Shown piece by piece: positions 41,886 through 58,700 of a DNA stretch of 64,000 nucleotides. The notes beneath the pieces are model-generated. The model saw nothing but the letters and a program-made list of their open reading frames with translations. It searched no databases and was not told the origin of the DNA. A program made the translations under genes and the position numbers. Source of the stretch: the human T2T-CHM13v2.0 reference genome, Homo sapiens; the NCBI RefSeq assembly GCF_009914755.1, contig NC_060947.1. One strand, given 5' to 3'. Each line of letters starts with the position of its first letter. Positions within the stretch are counted from its first letter, which is position 1.

Positions 41886-44615
41886 GGCGTTGTGGAGAAA
41901 ACTGGTTTGGTGTAATCTGCCAACAATTCTTTTAGTTCCTCTGTACTGGTGTGCAGAGGTGCATAAGAAAGGGATTTTTTGCTCAGAATTATTTAGTCTA
42001 TGATTAGTTACTTATAGTCAAGAGTAGTCATGGAACTTGTTAGTTATGCGAAATTGGACCAAATATACTTCTTTAAGCCTCATGACTGATTTTTGTACAA
42101 TAACAATTAGCATATTTTGAGCATTTGAAAGGAGCTAGAGGTTCAATGCCTTACATGTGGGGTTACATTTGATCTTCATAGGCTCCTGAGAGGGTAGGTG
42201 CAGTTGCTAATTCTGTTTTACTAAATGCCCAACATCACACATAGATGACAGCTATTCCTGAGACTTACAAAATGCCAGCTCATGACATTATGCTATGCTG
42301 CCTCCCGTACATCATACGGGAGTAATTGTTTCTGCCTTACTAGTTAACTCAGAAAAGTAAATGAGGCTTGGAAAGACCCTAGCTCAAAGCACATACTCAA
42401 AAGTATTAGTTTATCTGCAGCATGGAGGTGATATCCACCCATTGAGATGCCAGTCAAACTCTCCTGGGGTTTTTTGTCATCACCTGCTTTCCCTAAACTA
42501 GCATTGTCCTTGACACAGCTGTGTTTGTGGTGTTTTTTCCCCTCTGTTTGTAGGCATTTTTGTAGCACTACTTATTTGCTGACTCAAGGGCTCAGCTTAA
42601 GACCTTAAACGCTTCAGGGGAAATGTTTTTTTTCCAAATCTAATGCTATGATTTACATCAAGTCCTATAGTATGACACGGGGCAGGATTGAGACAATACT
42701 CTGGCTATGTGAATGAAGTGCAGGAGACTGTATTAAGAATAAGGATTAATTTATGTCTTGTATCCCATGTAAGTCATGACGTTTGGGGCCAGAAGCAGAG
42801 AGAGGGGTGTCGGGCGTAATTATCATGCTACATGGCTACAGTGAGTAATAGGATGCAGTGAAGTTGATATCAAGCAGTGCTTATTAGTAGGAGAAGAATG
42901 TTTGCATCTGAGCCAGAGCAAGACCTCTAGCAGCAACACCCCCTCTTCCAATTTGGTAAATGGAACAAAAAGAATCTCTGTGTCTACCAAGACCTCTATT
43001 TTCTTTTTCTTCTTAGAGGAGTTCTCTCTCATCCCAATTATCCATTTAGAGCCACATCAAAGAGCAAAGATGTGGGAATAAAATCTGTAACCTGCACTTC
43101 TATGTGTCTCTAAAGACCTTTAGAGTAATTGCAGATGAGACCAAAAGACGTTTTTTAAAAAGAAGGGTCAGCTTCAATCACAAGATCAGAAAAACCTGAC
43201 AAACCTTAAGTTTCTTTGCAAAATAAAAGCACTTTTCTACTTTAATGAGAAATGATCAGAAAATAGTCTTCCCTGTACTTGCACACAGTCATGTCTCCCA
43301 ATGTAATTGGTAGAAAATAGCTAAAAGCATGAAGCAAGTCCGTGGAGACATCACAAGATCATGTAAATGGATTAAAAGTGAATCCAGTTTCTTTCGTTTT
43401 AACCCTTGAATATTTTCCCTTTTTTTCCGTTCTCTTTTTACCTTTTTCTTTGTTTCTACTATCTTGCCCTCTTCTGAACTTGCAAGGTTCACAAAAACTA
43501 TTCTCAGAAGAATGCTTCCGACAGTTTTCAGAACAAGATCCCCTCAGCGATTCCAATTAAAGGGCATGAAAAACAGTAACAATCACCAATCATTCCAATG
43601 ACAAGTTTTACCGCACTGCTACCTGGGCCAGGACACAGGTTCGTGGAGTTTTCTCTTCTCCTGGCCCCGTTTAACTCCAATCTTGCTTTGGTTTAGAGGC
43701 TACCCTATCTTCAGGTGCTCCCTAATACATATCAGGAAAGTAAAGCCTTTCACCTTGAGTCACCTTCACTAGTTTGTGTCATGATCTTTGTAACTATTGG
43801 CCTTACCAACACTCTGAAAAAGGCTTAATAACAAACAGGTTATGAAGAGAAAGATAAGTGTGTGTTTTCACCTTCTTATTTTTATTTCTTTCTGACTCTT
43901 TTCACTGATATCCCCCACCCCACCACAGCCATCTGCAGCAACTCTACCCAGCTTCCAAAATTTATCTATCCCATTGCTACTCTGTGATAATCCCCACAGC
44001 ATGAAGTGGTCTCTCCTTCTTTAAGCTATCTTACCACTATTACCAGACAGTGGCTCCTGATATAATCACACATACATGTGGATTTTTACACTTCTTAGGG
44101 GGATAGTAGCCTATTCAAGGGTGAGGACCGTACCTTATGTCTCAGTATCTATGGCTTATTTAGGGTAGGTGCGTATAAACTAATTTTTATTGCTGAAATT
44201 TACAATTAGCAGTGAATTGTATTTTTTGTGTGAAGATTTCCTCACCTACTAAAATATTTCATTTATGACTATGTTCATTTGAAATACAAGGTGAAAATGA
44301 GGTGAGGTGCATGATATTTCAATGCAAACGTAAAAACAAATGAAGGCATGAGGGGAAGAGATCCATTTTTTAAAATATGTGGTTAAAGTAGTAAAATGAT
44401 TCAAATAGGTTTCTCTGCCCCAAAATGCCAGGCTTCTCTCTCTCTTAGAAATATGTCCTGTGCATACCTAGCTCTATATGCTTTCCACATAATTGCCAGC
44501 ATGATGTTCTTCCCTCTCCTCATTTTCTGCTAAACTCCATCATCTTAAGTCCAACTGAAGACCCACTTTCTCCAAGAAAATTTCTGGACTCACACTCCCT
44601 ACAGTAGAGATCTCA

Positions 44616-44899
<284 letters not shown>

Positions 44900-45191
44900 T
44901 TGGAATGGACAATAACAAATGAAGCTTATATATGTCACTACTGTGCTCCTCATATATAATAATAATTTGTATATCTTCTACTAGTTTGTTTTTTAAATAA
45001 GTTAAGAGCAAAGACTACACTTTTTTCTTCCCTCGGAATTTCCATTTCACCAAGCACCAAAATTTGGTCACATTTTCAGGATCAATGTTTCATTGTTGAT
45101 TTTTGATTCATTTACTTACTTTTGAAATAACTTGGTTCCTGGTTTTTATCAGGATATCCCTTTCAAAACTTGTATTATTCTGGAGCATTAA

Positions 45192-45519
<328 letters not shown>

Positions 45520-46038
45520 ATCTCTGTGCTCTTAAATGGTAAGTCATTGACTCATCCTAGAGAAAAGTCTACATAGGCTCTCATAGATTATTAGAGCCCT
45601 GGATCTGGTTTTCTGCAATTCTCTTGGTTTTTCCAAATTTCTTCCCTTCATTCTGGCATCCTTCTTGATCCCTTGTCTACCACACCACTTAAATCTCTGT
45701 CTAGGAATGTTCACGCATTGTGTAGAGGCATTGGTGTTAATGGTATTATCTCTGAATCCATCCCACCGCCTGGAAGCAGGACACCCTTGGTTTTCTATGT
45801 GAGAGGTAACTCAAGCAGTCACTATGGAAAGGAAGCAGCATTCACATTTTTGGTGGTTGCTGTGGACTTATGCAAATCAGGACCCCTCACCCCCACTCCC
45901 AAAAAAACCCCTCTGATCCAAATGCTAATCCCTCTGGAAATACCATTACAGAGACAGCCAGAAATAAATGTTTTTCCAACTATCTGGGCATCCCTTAGCC
46001 CGGTCAAAGTCACTTATTAAATTCATCATCATATTTTG

Positions 46039-46122
46039 TATTAGAGTGGAGCAAAAGTAATTGCGGTCTTTGCCATTGAAAATGATGGCCAAAACCGCAA
46101 TGACTTTTGCACCAACCTAATA
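46039..46122. mobile_element. MADE1 MITE
   Basis: TA-flanked ttagagtggagcaaaagtaattgcggt...accgcaatgacttttgcaccaacctaa. Confidence 0.88.
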
Positions 46123-46271
46123 TTAGAACTAAAATAGTAATTTCAGAGAAATAAAGGTAAAAGTTTGTGTGTATATATACAAAATAAAAATTAATTTTGT
46201 GGAATCCCATTTATCTCCACCATAGAATTATTTGATATACCTTCTTTTAATTAAAAAAAATATAGTGTTTA

Positions 46272-46635
<364 letters not shown>

Positions 46636-46649
46636 TCACAGCCATATCC

Positions 46650-47075
46650 CTACCCTCCCTGACCATTGTGCTATTTTTAAAACACATTTTTCACTTTGAT
46701 GTGTGTGGTAAACTCGTAATTATTAAACTTTGCTTTAAATTGTTAATTATCTTTTCAAGAAACTTTAAAGTGAGCAAATAAGTCTTTTATACCCTCTCAC
46801 ATATTTCACACTGTGTCTGTCACGGTTTGGATGGATTCAGTGTTCCATCTGGTACCACTCCCATCCTACCTGAAGAGCTTTCTTTAGCATTTCTTGAAGT
46901 GCAGGTCTGATGGAGAAAAATGCCCTCAGCTTTTGTGCATCTTAAAAAGCCTTAATTTCCCCCTCATTTAAAAATGATATCTTCAGTGTATATAGAACTG
47001 TAAACTAACAGTTGTTTTTCCCCCTTTTTCACACTTTGTGGGGGCCATTCCATTACCTTCTGGCTAGCGCAGTTC
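46650..47075 (-). mobile_element. Old L1M remnant
   Basis: ttccatctggtacc...cctgaagagctttctttagcatttcttg..gtgcaggtctg is antisense L1. Confidence 0.6.
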
Positions 47076-47605
47076 CTGTGGATGTAAGAGCATGTGTGTC
47101 TTAATTCACAGAAAGAGAAGGCTACATAGCAGTTAACAGATTGACTAAAATTGATTTATCTATTCTGCTCAAGTGGAATCTAGGTCTGCTAATTCCTACA
47201 CAAGTTTGCCTCACCAAGATATATCTCCATTATTCACCTGGGTATATTTATTGGGGTGATAGATAACAAAGTACCTACAGTAAACTCATCCAATTTTGAG
47301 GAAAGAAAATGTTTAAGTTTAATTGACTAATTCCTCACAGTAACCAAAGGGTTTCCAAAATGTAGGTGTCCACACTGCTTCTTTAAGTTTATGCTACACT
47401 TATTGGCATTGATATGCCATTGTCTGAATGCTCCTGGAAACCACAACTATGGAAGGAGTGAATAGAGGGTGTTTCTTCTAGTCAAAATTTTAACTTCCTA
47501 ATTTATTTACTTCATAGCTGAATGTGTGGAACTAACAAGTTTCCTGACTCTTGACTATAAGCAACTAATCGTAGCCTAAATAATTCTGGGCAGCGAGTTA
47601 CCCCC

Positions 47606-47903
47606 TTTTTTTTTAGATGGAGTCTCGCTCTGTCACCCAGGCTGGAGTGCAGTGGCGCAATCTCCGCTCACTGCAACCTCCAGTCTCCCAGGTTCAAGCG
47701 ATTCTCCTGCCTCAGCCTCCCGAGTAGCTGGGACTACAGGCGCCCGCCGCCACGCCTGGCTAATTTTTTGTATTTTTAGTAGAGACGGGGTTTCACCGTG
47801 TTAGCCAGGATTGTCTCGATCTCCTGACCTCGTGATCCGCCCGCCTCAGCCTCCCAAAGTCCCAGAATGCTGACATTACAGGCGTGAGCCACCGCGCCGG
47901 GCC
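47606..47903 (-). mobile_element. AluY-like
   Basis: CpG-rich; ccgtgttagccaggat and gtctcgatctcctgacctcgtgatcc diagnostics. Confidence 0.93.
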
Positions 47904-50179
47904 ACGAATCCCTTTTTTATGCACCTCTGTACACGAGTATACAGTAGGAACTAAAAGAAATGTTGACAGATAACACCAAACCAGTTTTCTTCACAATACC
48001 TCCTCTTTCTTTTACTATTGTCATCTGAAGATCAACTGTGCTTCCGGAGAGATGCTGTTCAGTCCATGCCCATGGCTAGGAAAGACCAGACCAAAGAATG
48101 CTTTTCGTCTGAGGCCAAAAGTTGGGCAGGGACTTGACAGTGCCCAGGAATGGAAGAAGAATAAAAACACTACACCTTTTTCTATAGGGAAGAGGCACCA
48201 ATGCGACATTACTAAGAACTCTAAATTGGAAACAGTTTTTTTTTTTTTAAACACTTATCAGGAGTGATTGATTTTATTATTATTTTTTCTTTATTTAACT
48301 GGGTAAACAATTAATTTGACTACAATCAGCCAATTTATTTTTTAGCATTCTGTATACACACTCTTAAAAATTGTGTTACATTGAATAGATGTTTTATTGT
48401 TGTTGTTGTTGCCAAAATTTGTAGCAAAGAGTTTCACATTTTCATGACAATTTTAACATCTGGGAACATTGTTCAGTAGGGACAATAGAGGCACACCTCT
48501 AAGTCTTCCTTCTGTCCCCATTGGACAAGAAAGAGTTGGGGAGTGTTGACTTTGAGTTGTGCCTAGAGAGGAAAATGTGCATTTATTCTACCAGCTTGGA
48601 TCATTTTTTTTTTAAGTAAAATGGTTCTGTCTCTTAGCTTTTCTTTTAAAGAGAACACTGATATTTCAGGTAATATGTGAAATGTTTTGAAATGCTCACA
48701 AATGAATTATAGATTAAACTGAAATTACTTGCTTTGGTTTTTCTTCTGTTGTCATTGTCAAGAGCTCCCAAATGATCAAGGGTGAAAGATAAAAATATAA
48801 AAAACTAAAACAAAAAATATGGGATGGAAAAATAAACCAAAAACTATTAAGAAGTAAAGTCTGGTTGATTATGAAGCAATGACAAGGTCCTTAGATATAC
48901 AGAAATTGTGTATTCCTTTCAGAAAAAGAAAATGATCTTGAAAAATACCTATTACTACCCAAAATACTACTTACAATGTCTAATTGCCCAACAACATGTT
49001 ACCGTGAATACAGAATAGAACATGGTTTGTTCCAAATTGAGTGCAATGAATTTGAAGAGTAGGTCAGAAGGATATTACTGGTTTGTAATTATTTGTAAAT
49101 GGCCTGGTTTCAGCTTATAGCTGTCGCAAACCTGTTTGCCAGTAGGTACCTTAGATATTAGAATTCCTGAAATTCTAATTCTTGCAATGCCCATTATCTT
49201 ATTTAACTAAATTCATCAAACCACACATAAAAAATAATAAAAATGAAAGCATAGCATCACAAGTGAATTTACTTGGGAAACTTCATCTTTTTAAACACCT
49301 GATATGAAGTGACCTACTAACCATTACAGGCTATTACCAAAAATGTCACAAAGAAACAAAAGTATATACAATTTACAGCAATCATTCATTATTGATTTAA
49401 GAACACTAATTGAACTTCCAGTATAAGCCAGGTAATGAGTAATGCTATAAACAAATAAAGATAAGGAAGGCAAGTTCCCTTTCTGGTGAAGGAATCAGAT
49501 GGAAACATACAATAATTCTAGTTCAATACAACCACTGATATGCTCTCTGAGAATCATTTTCTAAACATCTTAGCAGATGATGTATTAGAATAATCATTAC
49601 CTATAGGTAGATTACCTTGATTATAACAGAATAAGTAGTTATCAATAGATAAGTTAAAAATAATTTATATCTTGCATGCTGGAATCATTTATTTGCAAAC
49701 CATCTTCATTATCTTAAACTGAAAGTTGTACCTGTGGTCTTCCAGAAAAGGTCGTAACTCAAAAGTGTCTAGGCTTAGTGAAAAAGGGTTGTGGCAAATA
49801 TATAAATAGGCAAAAAGACAATGCATCAGAAAAGAGTATAGATACTCTATTCTCAGAACAGTGGCCTTAATTTTACCAATTTCTGAAAGCAATGTCATAA
49901 TTTCAAACAAAACCAAATATTTATGGCATAGAAATTTCACTTTGATGTGACAGTCACACGATTCTTCACAAGATTTTATTGGCTCATTTCTCTATTTATA
50001 AAATTTTTCCTCTATGCAACTGTATGTTATTATGAAAATTATCTGTTCATGATATATTACATAAAAATAAGCTTAACCATTCAAAATTATCTATTCTTTA
50101 TCTATTACATAAAAATAACCTTGTCTCCTGCTTTGTGTTATGCAAATGCTAGAATTTTAGCATGGAAATCAGCCTAGGC

Positions 50180-50330
50180 CTGCACTTCTGAAACTTTCCA
50201 GTGCCCATAAACACCTGAGGATCCTGCTAAAATGCAGATGCTGATTCAGCAGGGATGGGGTGGGCCTGAGATGCTGTGTTTCTCCCAAGCTCCCAGGTGA
50301 TGCTGGTCCATGAACCACACCTGGAGCAGA
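50180..50330. mobile_element. MER5A-like DNA transposon
   Basis: tgctaaaatgcagatgctgattcagcaggg..tggggtgggcctgaga...aagctcccaggtgatgctg. Confidence 0.75.
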
Positions 50331-51282
50331 TAAATCAGTCCACTACATCTGACCCATTTTGTTTAAATCATCACTGAAAGTGGTCCTGATCACTTAACTA
50401 CAATATTCAATCCTGGGGACTTCCCTATACCCTTTCAATTTACAAGGCAATTAGTTGTCATGCCTGTCAGGAGATCCACAAAATCAAACTGGCTTTCACT
50501 TATTCCCTTGCACAGGTTTCTTTAAAGAGATTTCCTAATTTGAGAAATCTTGGGCAAATTGAAATGGTTTACCATGCATTGTTGTGGTCTCTATGACTGC
50601 CATTACAAAATGATGAGTCTAAAATTAACACTACTCCTGAGGATAAATTAGAACCATTTGCTGTTTGTTTCTTTTTGTTTTAGTGTAATAATGGTTGTAG
50701 GCTAATCAGGAAAGATGCTGGACACATGTGATTCTCATCTCATCTAATTAAATTGTAACACTTAACCATTAAAGTGAATAAGCTGCATCATAGTTTTATT
50801 TTTCCTAACAATTATAATTTCTGCAATAATAATATTATCTACAACTTATTGAAGGCTTGCTATGTGCTATTTTCTGTATAAAATTTAGGCATTATTTCAC
50901 TATTTTGCTGCATGGAAACCCACTTCTGAGAGGTTAATGCATTTATTTTTTTCTACCACTTACAGCAAGTTAAAAACAAAATGTCTCTGACTATAGCTTA
51001 GCTCTCAAGCTGTCATTTGACTGTACCCTTTATTTTGCCAATAGAAGGAAAGCTATTGCTATCGCATCTTGGAGGCAGATATGTCTACTCATTTTCACCT
51101 TCTCCTTTCCTTTCCCTAGGGGAAGTCCAATTTTTCATGAGGTTATCTGTTGGTCATTGCAGCTGAGTTGCCAGGGATGTCTTGGGCATGGAAGCCTAGG
51201 GTTGAGACCCACCTAAAGCTCCCCAATACTTTTCTGGGGTCCCAGAGGAATCAGGACACTGTCTGCATCCCTTTTTCTTTTC

Positions 51283-51588
<306 letters not shown>

Positions 51589-52315
51589 TCCAATCCCTTT
51601 CTCTGATTGCCATTTTTTACTCTCCCATAGCCATTTCATACACGTCTATGTTTCCTTCTGAAGGACAAGACTGCCTATTCTAAGAATTTCAGATGAGAAA
51701 AAAAAGCCTAAATGGTATTTTATTGCTCCATCTGCCTCCTGGGAAAGAACGCACTTTCCTACCCCACCAACACAGACAGTGCAGTGACATCCCTTCCCCA
51801 CTGCTCCTTTCTGTTGCAACTCCCATCTCCTTTGCTTGGGAGGTGTTCATTTCATTGTGCATTTCTCTCACTTGAGAGTTAAAGACATAACCTTAATGTT
51901 TTGAGCTCTCCGGGCTTTGCCTCTTGATATTTAAATGCAGAATTTGGAATAAAAAGAATATTTCTGCTATGAGCTGAAAGAGAAGTCCTACTTTGCTACT
52001 CAAAGCCACAGATTTGACTCTGATCTTGCTAGGTTCTGTTGAGCCTGTCCATTTCTGGGGCAATACCCTTCTGCCCAAATGTTGATTTTAATGGTGAGGA
52101 TTTGCAGAAAATAAAGAAGAAAAAAAAGCGTCAGATATATTTCAAAAAAAAATTGTACCATAGGGCACATTCATGGGATTAGAAATAAGAGTGCAAATCT
52201 GAACAAGATGGTTTCGGACAGTGGTCATTCCAAAAATAATTAAGCAACTGACAGGTTTTGTTTTTTTCTTCACATGTTCAGTTGCAGCTTTAGAGGTTGA
52301 ATCAACAATCTGATT

Positions 52316-53020
<705 letters not shown>

Positions 53021-55317
53021 GCTTCTATAACTTTATTTGAAGTCCAAAAGAGAAGTGATTTATTTGAGGTAAAATATCACCAAGGTTTTATAGAAGTCAT
53101 GAATGAGACTCTTGAAACAATTTGGAAGTGTTAATATAATAAATCCAAATTTGTTTTCCATTTGTTTTGTTTTTGTTTCCTATTCTCTTTAATGAAGAAG
53201 CATTTATTATCTAGATATTGCCTCCCAAGTCTAGGATGAATCTTTTTTTCTTGTCATTTTAAATTGCTGCTGAAGGAAAATTTCCATTTTAAAAAACCTA
53301 AAGCATTTTCGAGATATTCTTATAATTCCAAGCCAGGCAAACTGATATAATTTATATTAATAGTATAAACATTGACAACCATAATGTATTCTTTTTCCAC
53401 AAGAGCATATGGTTTGGTTTTGTTTTTCACCAAAGTTATGAGTGATTGAAAGCAGATATTTTGCTAAAATGGGTAGGTAAATCATACACGTGCTTGGATT
53501 CACACTGAAGTGTTTGCAGAGTGTTTAACACGAAGCTGGGGACAGGAGCCTGCTGGTGTCGCACTGAGTTATCATGGTAGGAAAGTGGTATCGTGTGACT
53601 TGTGGCACTCCTAGAATGCCTCTGTGAGCTATTGCATATGCACGCCTGATGGAGAAAGCTGACCAGCAGGACACTGGCTTCTCATGAAGTCCCCGCACTA
53701 GCATTTTTAACATGCTCAAGATTTATGGCTCATGAATTCAGAGACAGAAATACAAATCTTATGACTCTAGTTACTTATGTAAGACAATACCAAGCAATCC
53801 ATCTCTGCAGTGTATACAGGCACTGAAGGGTGCTGGGTCTTGAATTTTAAAGTGCTCACCCTTGCATTTGAGGAAGTATGGAAAATCGCTTAGCAATCTC
53901 CATTCTCCACTGTCTCCTAGGGATGCTTCTAACTAACGCACACAAGGAAACAGGGACAACAAATAAACTTACAGGCTTAGGAAAATAATAATTCCACTTG
54001 GAATGTTTTAATTTGGTCGTTTCTACGTCAGGAAATGTATACTGCTTTTCTAATGGAGCCACACTGTGGTGTTATTCAATGATGTATGTCTTCTCATCTC
54101 CTCTGGGATTTTTTTCTGAAGAATAAAACATTCTCAGCTCTTCTATTTTACCAAAATATATACAGTTACATGATGACTTAAATATGCACAACTCCATTTC
54201 TCCATCTTAGCATTATTCTTATTTTAGGTGAAAAAAATTCATAGTAATTTAGAAACAGGCAAGATGCAAATAACGTCATGGATAGTATATGAGGTTTCCA
54301 GTGAACATCATACAAAGTAAGCTATCTGTGTCACTAATTGATCTCATGGGAAACGTAAGTAGTATAGAATCAAGATCAAGTGGGGATGTATCATTTATGT
54401 TCAAGATACTTCTCATGTTCATTTTAAATGGCTTCGATTTGGGATATAATGAATTTAGTTGGAGAGTGGACAGCATACATGAGGTAAGGCCTTCATGGGC
54501 AATTAAGGTACATAACTTAAAAAAAAAACTGTTCCATGATGTATTACTTTTAAAATTTGGCCCTCATTCACAGAACGGAGCAGGAGTGTGGGGCAGTGAC
54601 CTGGGATCAGGTGTCACATGAAAAGCGGATTTGTGTTGAAGCTGGCTTCCACTGTACTTGACATAAGATTGACACATGGGCAGCTGTCAGTAACAAATAA
54701 TGGATGGAGCAGGGGATGATGGCGATGAGCTTCCCATTGAAGAAGCCATTTGTGTCATCTCTGTGAGGGCCACACACTGTACTGAGTTCATTTTCTAAGA
54801 ACAAGGTTTTCATTCTAACATGATGCATCTGGGTTCGAGAGGCATCAGGAGCTTGCTAGTTGAAAGAAGAAGCATCTCCTCTGCTTTAGCTACCGAAAGT
54901 AAAATGTTGAAACATATGCAAAAGTTATCTGCCTAGCCATTCCTGGTGGTGGTGATTCATGTGAGAGCTGCCACCAGCAAAGCTCTTTCATGATGTTCTT
55001 TTCAGCCTTGAAGAGGCTCTACCATAGTGGGATTTCAAAACTCTTAAGAAGAGTAAAGCACTAATATAATACTTCAGTTTTAATTATCTTGGCTAACCAC
55101 TTTCTGCCCATTTACTAAGTCCCTGAGTGTATCATTCAGGGGTTAGTGTAGACAAGACCCTACACTTCTTTTAGGACAGAAGGAGAAGAAATCATTTGAG
55201 ACTACGTTACAGGTATTATATTCATTGACTGCTAAATATTTTGACATCTTTTCATTAAGTAGATAAAACTGCATATAATGTTCTCAAACCTCATCTGAAA
55301 ATACAAATAAGAAAATT

Positions 55318-55616
<299 letters not shown>

Positions 55617-55682
55617 GAAGAAAGAAAGAGAAAGAAAGAAGAAGGAAAGAAAGAAAGAGAGAGAGAGAGAGAGAGAAAGAAA

Positions 55683-55755
<73 letters not shown>

Positions 55756-55756
55756 A
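55617..55756. repeat. (GAAA)n/(GA)n microsatellite
   Basis: Direct reading. Confidence 0.95.
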
Positions 55757-56789
55757 CTCATTGGCCATTTATATTATTCAAACCTATTTCCTGCTTCTAA
55801 CGGTTCCACTGCCTCTGTGGTTTCCCTTCAGACAGGGGGACTAAAGGATGCATTTTTCCCATATAGAGAAAGATTATTGGCACCTAGGATTTCTGGCCTA
55901 AATTCCTCAAAATGTAAGTCATGCCGATACTATTCCTGAAAAATCGATAATGACATTGAACTTGATGAATAACATGAACAACTCATGTCCATGCAATTAA
56001 ACTTGAATTCTGTTACTGAAAGCCAAGATTGAATGTATTATTTTTTTCACATTTCATTTATTTGATAATGCTACTTCTGTGAACATTTTGTGGAAAATTT
56101 GGAATAACCACAGGATGAGGTTTGCATCACATTATATTACAGTTCACCATATATAAATAAGCTCATTGTCAAATGTATATTATTAAAGTTTGAATCGAGA
56201 AAAGCATAATAGTTTCCAGCTTTTACATTTTGGTATTGGGCTTTGCAAAAAAAATTGCAATTGCTGTTAAGAAGGCATCCTAGACATTATGCAGGCACAA
56301 GTGGTGTAATCCCAAACAGCTTAAGAAACCTAAATATTGTTAGGTATGGTTCTGCTTAAGGTAAGTTTCCCTGCAGTTCATGCTGCAGGGTACTGAGCTG
56401 TATTCTTGTTAAATATTTACCATAAGTTACTGTACTTCATTTCTGTTTCCCACAAACTGAGTCCTGTGTATCAGATAGCCTAACAGGACAGCACAAATCT
56501 TTCAGAAAGTGAGATCCACTGCTGAAGTCAATTCAGCCAAAAATTTCATCAGAATGAGCTAAAAAAAACAACTGATTACCCAGAGATGCATCATTGTTTA
56601 GATTTATTTTTGATTATTCCAACTTTCGTTTCTGGTTCTCTTTTTATTTTTATAAATTTTTATTTTATATATTTTCAAGCACACAGAAAATATCAAAGTA
56701 CAGTATAAAATTTGCTGTAAACATTCAACCAGATTTAGGACATGTTAAAAATTTCCCACAGTGGCTTTGCTCTATCTATGTTATTGTGG

Positions 56790-57087
56790 TTTTTTGTTTT
56801 GTTTTGTTTTGTTTTTTGACAGAGTCTCACTCAGGCTGGAGTGCAGTGGCACAGTCTTGGCTCACTGCAACCTCTGCCTCCCTGGTTCAAGCAGTTCTCC
56901 CTGCCTCAGCCTCCCAAGTAGCTGGGATTACAGGCACCCGCCACCACACCTGGCTAATTTTTATATTTCTAGTAGAGACGGGGTTTCGCCATGTTGGCCA
57001 GACTGGTCTTGAACTCCCGACCTCAGGTCCGCCCGCCTCAGCCTCCCAAAGTGCTGGGATTATAGGTGTGAACCATTGCGCCCAACT
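56790..57087 (-). mobile_element. Alu (AluS-like)
   Basis: Antisense Alu; TSD gctttgctctatct. Confidence 0.93.
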
Positions 57088-57094
57088 GCTTTGC

Positions 57095-57106
57095 TCTATC
57101 TGACTG

Positions 57107-57152
<46 letters not shown>

Positions 57153-57752
57153 ATCTACCTATCCATCTATTTGTATCTATCTATCTATCTATATCTGTCT
57201 ATCTGTCTCTCTGTCTATCTATCTGTCTGTCTCTCTATTTGTCTGTCTGGCTGGCTTGCTGGCTGGCTATCGTTTGTCTATCTATCTGTGGATCTGTCTG
57301 TCTAACTATCTTTCTGTCTATCTGTCTATCTATCTGTCTATCTGTCTGCCTATCTGTCTATTTGTCTGACTGGCTGGCTGGCTATCTATCTATCTATCTA
57401 TCTATCTATCATCTATCTATCTATCTATCTATCTACCTACCTACCTACCTACCTGTCTTTCTATCTGCCTGTCTACCTTTCAGTCTGTCTACCTTTCTGT
57501 CTATCTTTCTGTCTGTTTTTCTATCTGTCCATCTGTCTGTCTGTCTGTATGTCTTTTCGTCCTCCGTCCATCTATCTGTCTATCTGTCTTTCTTTCTGTC
57601 CGTCTATTTTTCTGTCTGTCTGTCCATCCGTCTGCCCGTCTGTCTGTCTGTCCATCTATCTGTCTAAGGGACCTGTCTGTCTTTCTGTCTGTCTATCTGT
57701 CTGTCTCTCTCTCTCTCTAGCTACCTATCTACCTATCATCTATCTGTCTTCT
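57095..57752. repeat. Complex (TCTA)n/(TCTG)n/(CCTA)n tetranucleotide repeat
   Basis: Direct reading; about 650 bp. Confidence 0.93.
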
Positions 57753-57834
57753 CTCCCCTAAGTGTTTTCATGCACACAAATACACACATAACACACACAA
57801 TTCTATATATCTATATATGTATATCTATATATGC

Positions 57835-58700
57835 ATATACTTTTCTGAACTACTTGAAATTAAGTTGTAGATATCATATTCACCTAACACCAAATATTTT
57901 GGTATGAATTTCCCAAAGATAAAAACTGCACGAACCTGATACAATTAACAAAATCAAGACATTTAACATTGGTACAATACTATCTAATTCATTGATAGTA
58001 TTGGTATCATTGATAACATTGGCGCAGTACTATCTAATTCACAGTGATACTGAAAATTTCTTCATTATTGCTATACTGTCTTTTTTAGCTATATTTTTTT
58101 CTGGTCCAGTATCCAATTCACAATCATGAATGACATCACATTGTCTGGTAACTTTACTTTCCTTCAGTCTGGAACATTCTCTGTTTCTTGTTTGTTCATG
58201 AAGCTGATATATCTGAAGACAGGCCAGTTATTTTGTTGAACATCCTTCGATATGAGCTGGTTTAATGATTCCTGATAACTGGATTCAATTTATTTATTTT
58301 TGGCAGGAGTACCATCAAAATGAGGTGTGTTTTCTCTAGTACCTTATGTCTAGATGCACATGATGCCTCTGTCTCATTATTGGTGATGATAAACTTCATC
58401 ACTTGGTTAAAATGGTGTCTCTTGGATATCCCCGTACAAAGTTATTAATTTTACCTTTGCAATTTATAAGACATGTGGTATTGATAAGAAATCAATGGGC
58501 TATTTCAGACTATGTATATATCATATCTTGTTCATCAAATTAATTTTGTCATCTAGTTGGCCTTGATGCCAATATGGTGGTTACAATACAAAGATTTCCC
58601 AACTCCATCATTCTTTATGTGTTTCTCACTTGGCTATCTGTGAGGAAGTGCTTTGCATTGTCTTCTATCATTCTATTCACTATCCGTATGAATTCCTGGA
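57835..58700 (-). mobile_element. L1MC-type 3'UTR remnant
   Basis: aaaatcaagacatttaacattggtacaatactatc; tccttcagtctggaacattc; caggccagttattttgttgaacatcc. Confidence 0.65.

Noticed and set aside
56594-57761. ORFs of 70-169 aa
   Set aside because: Derived from an antisense Alu and TCTA/TCTG microsatellites.
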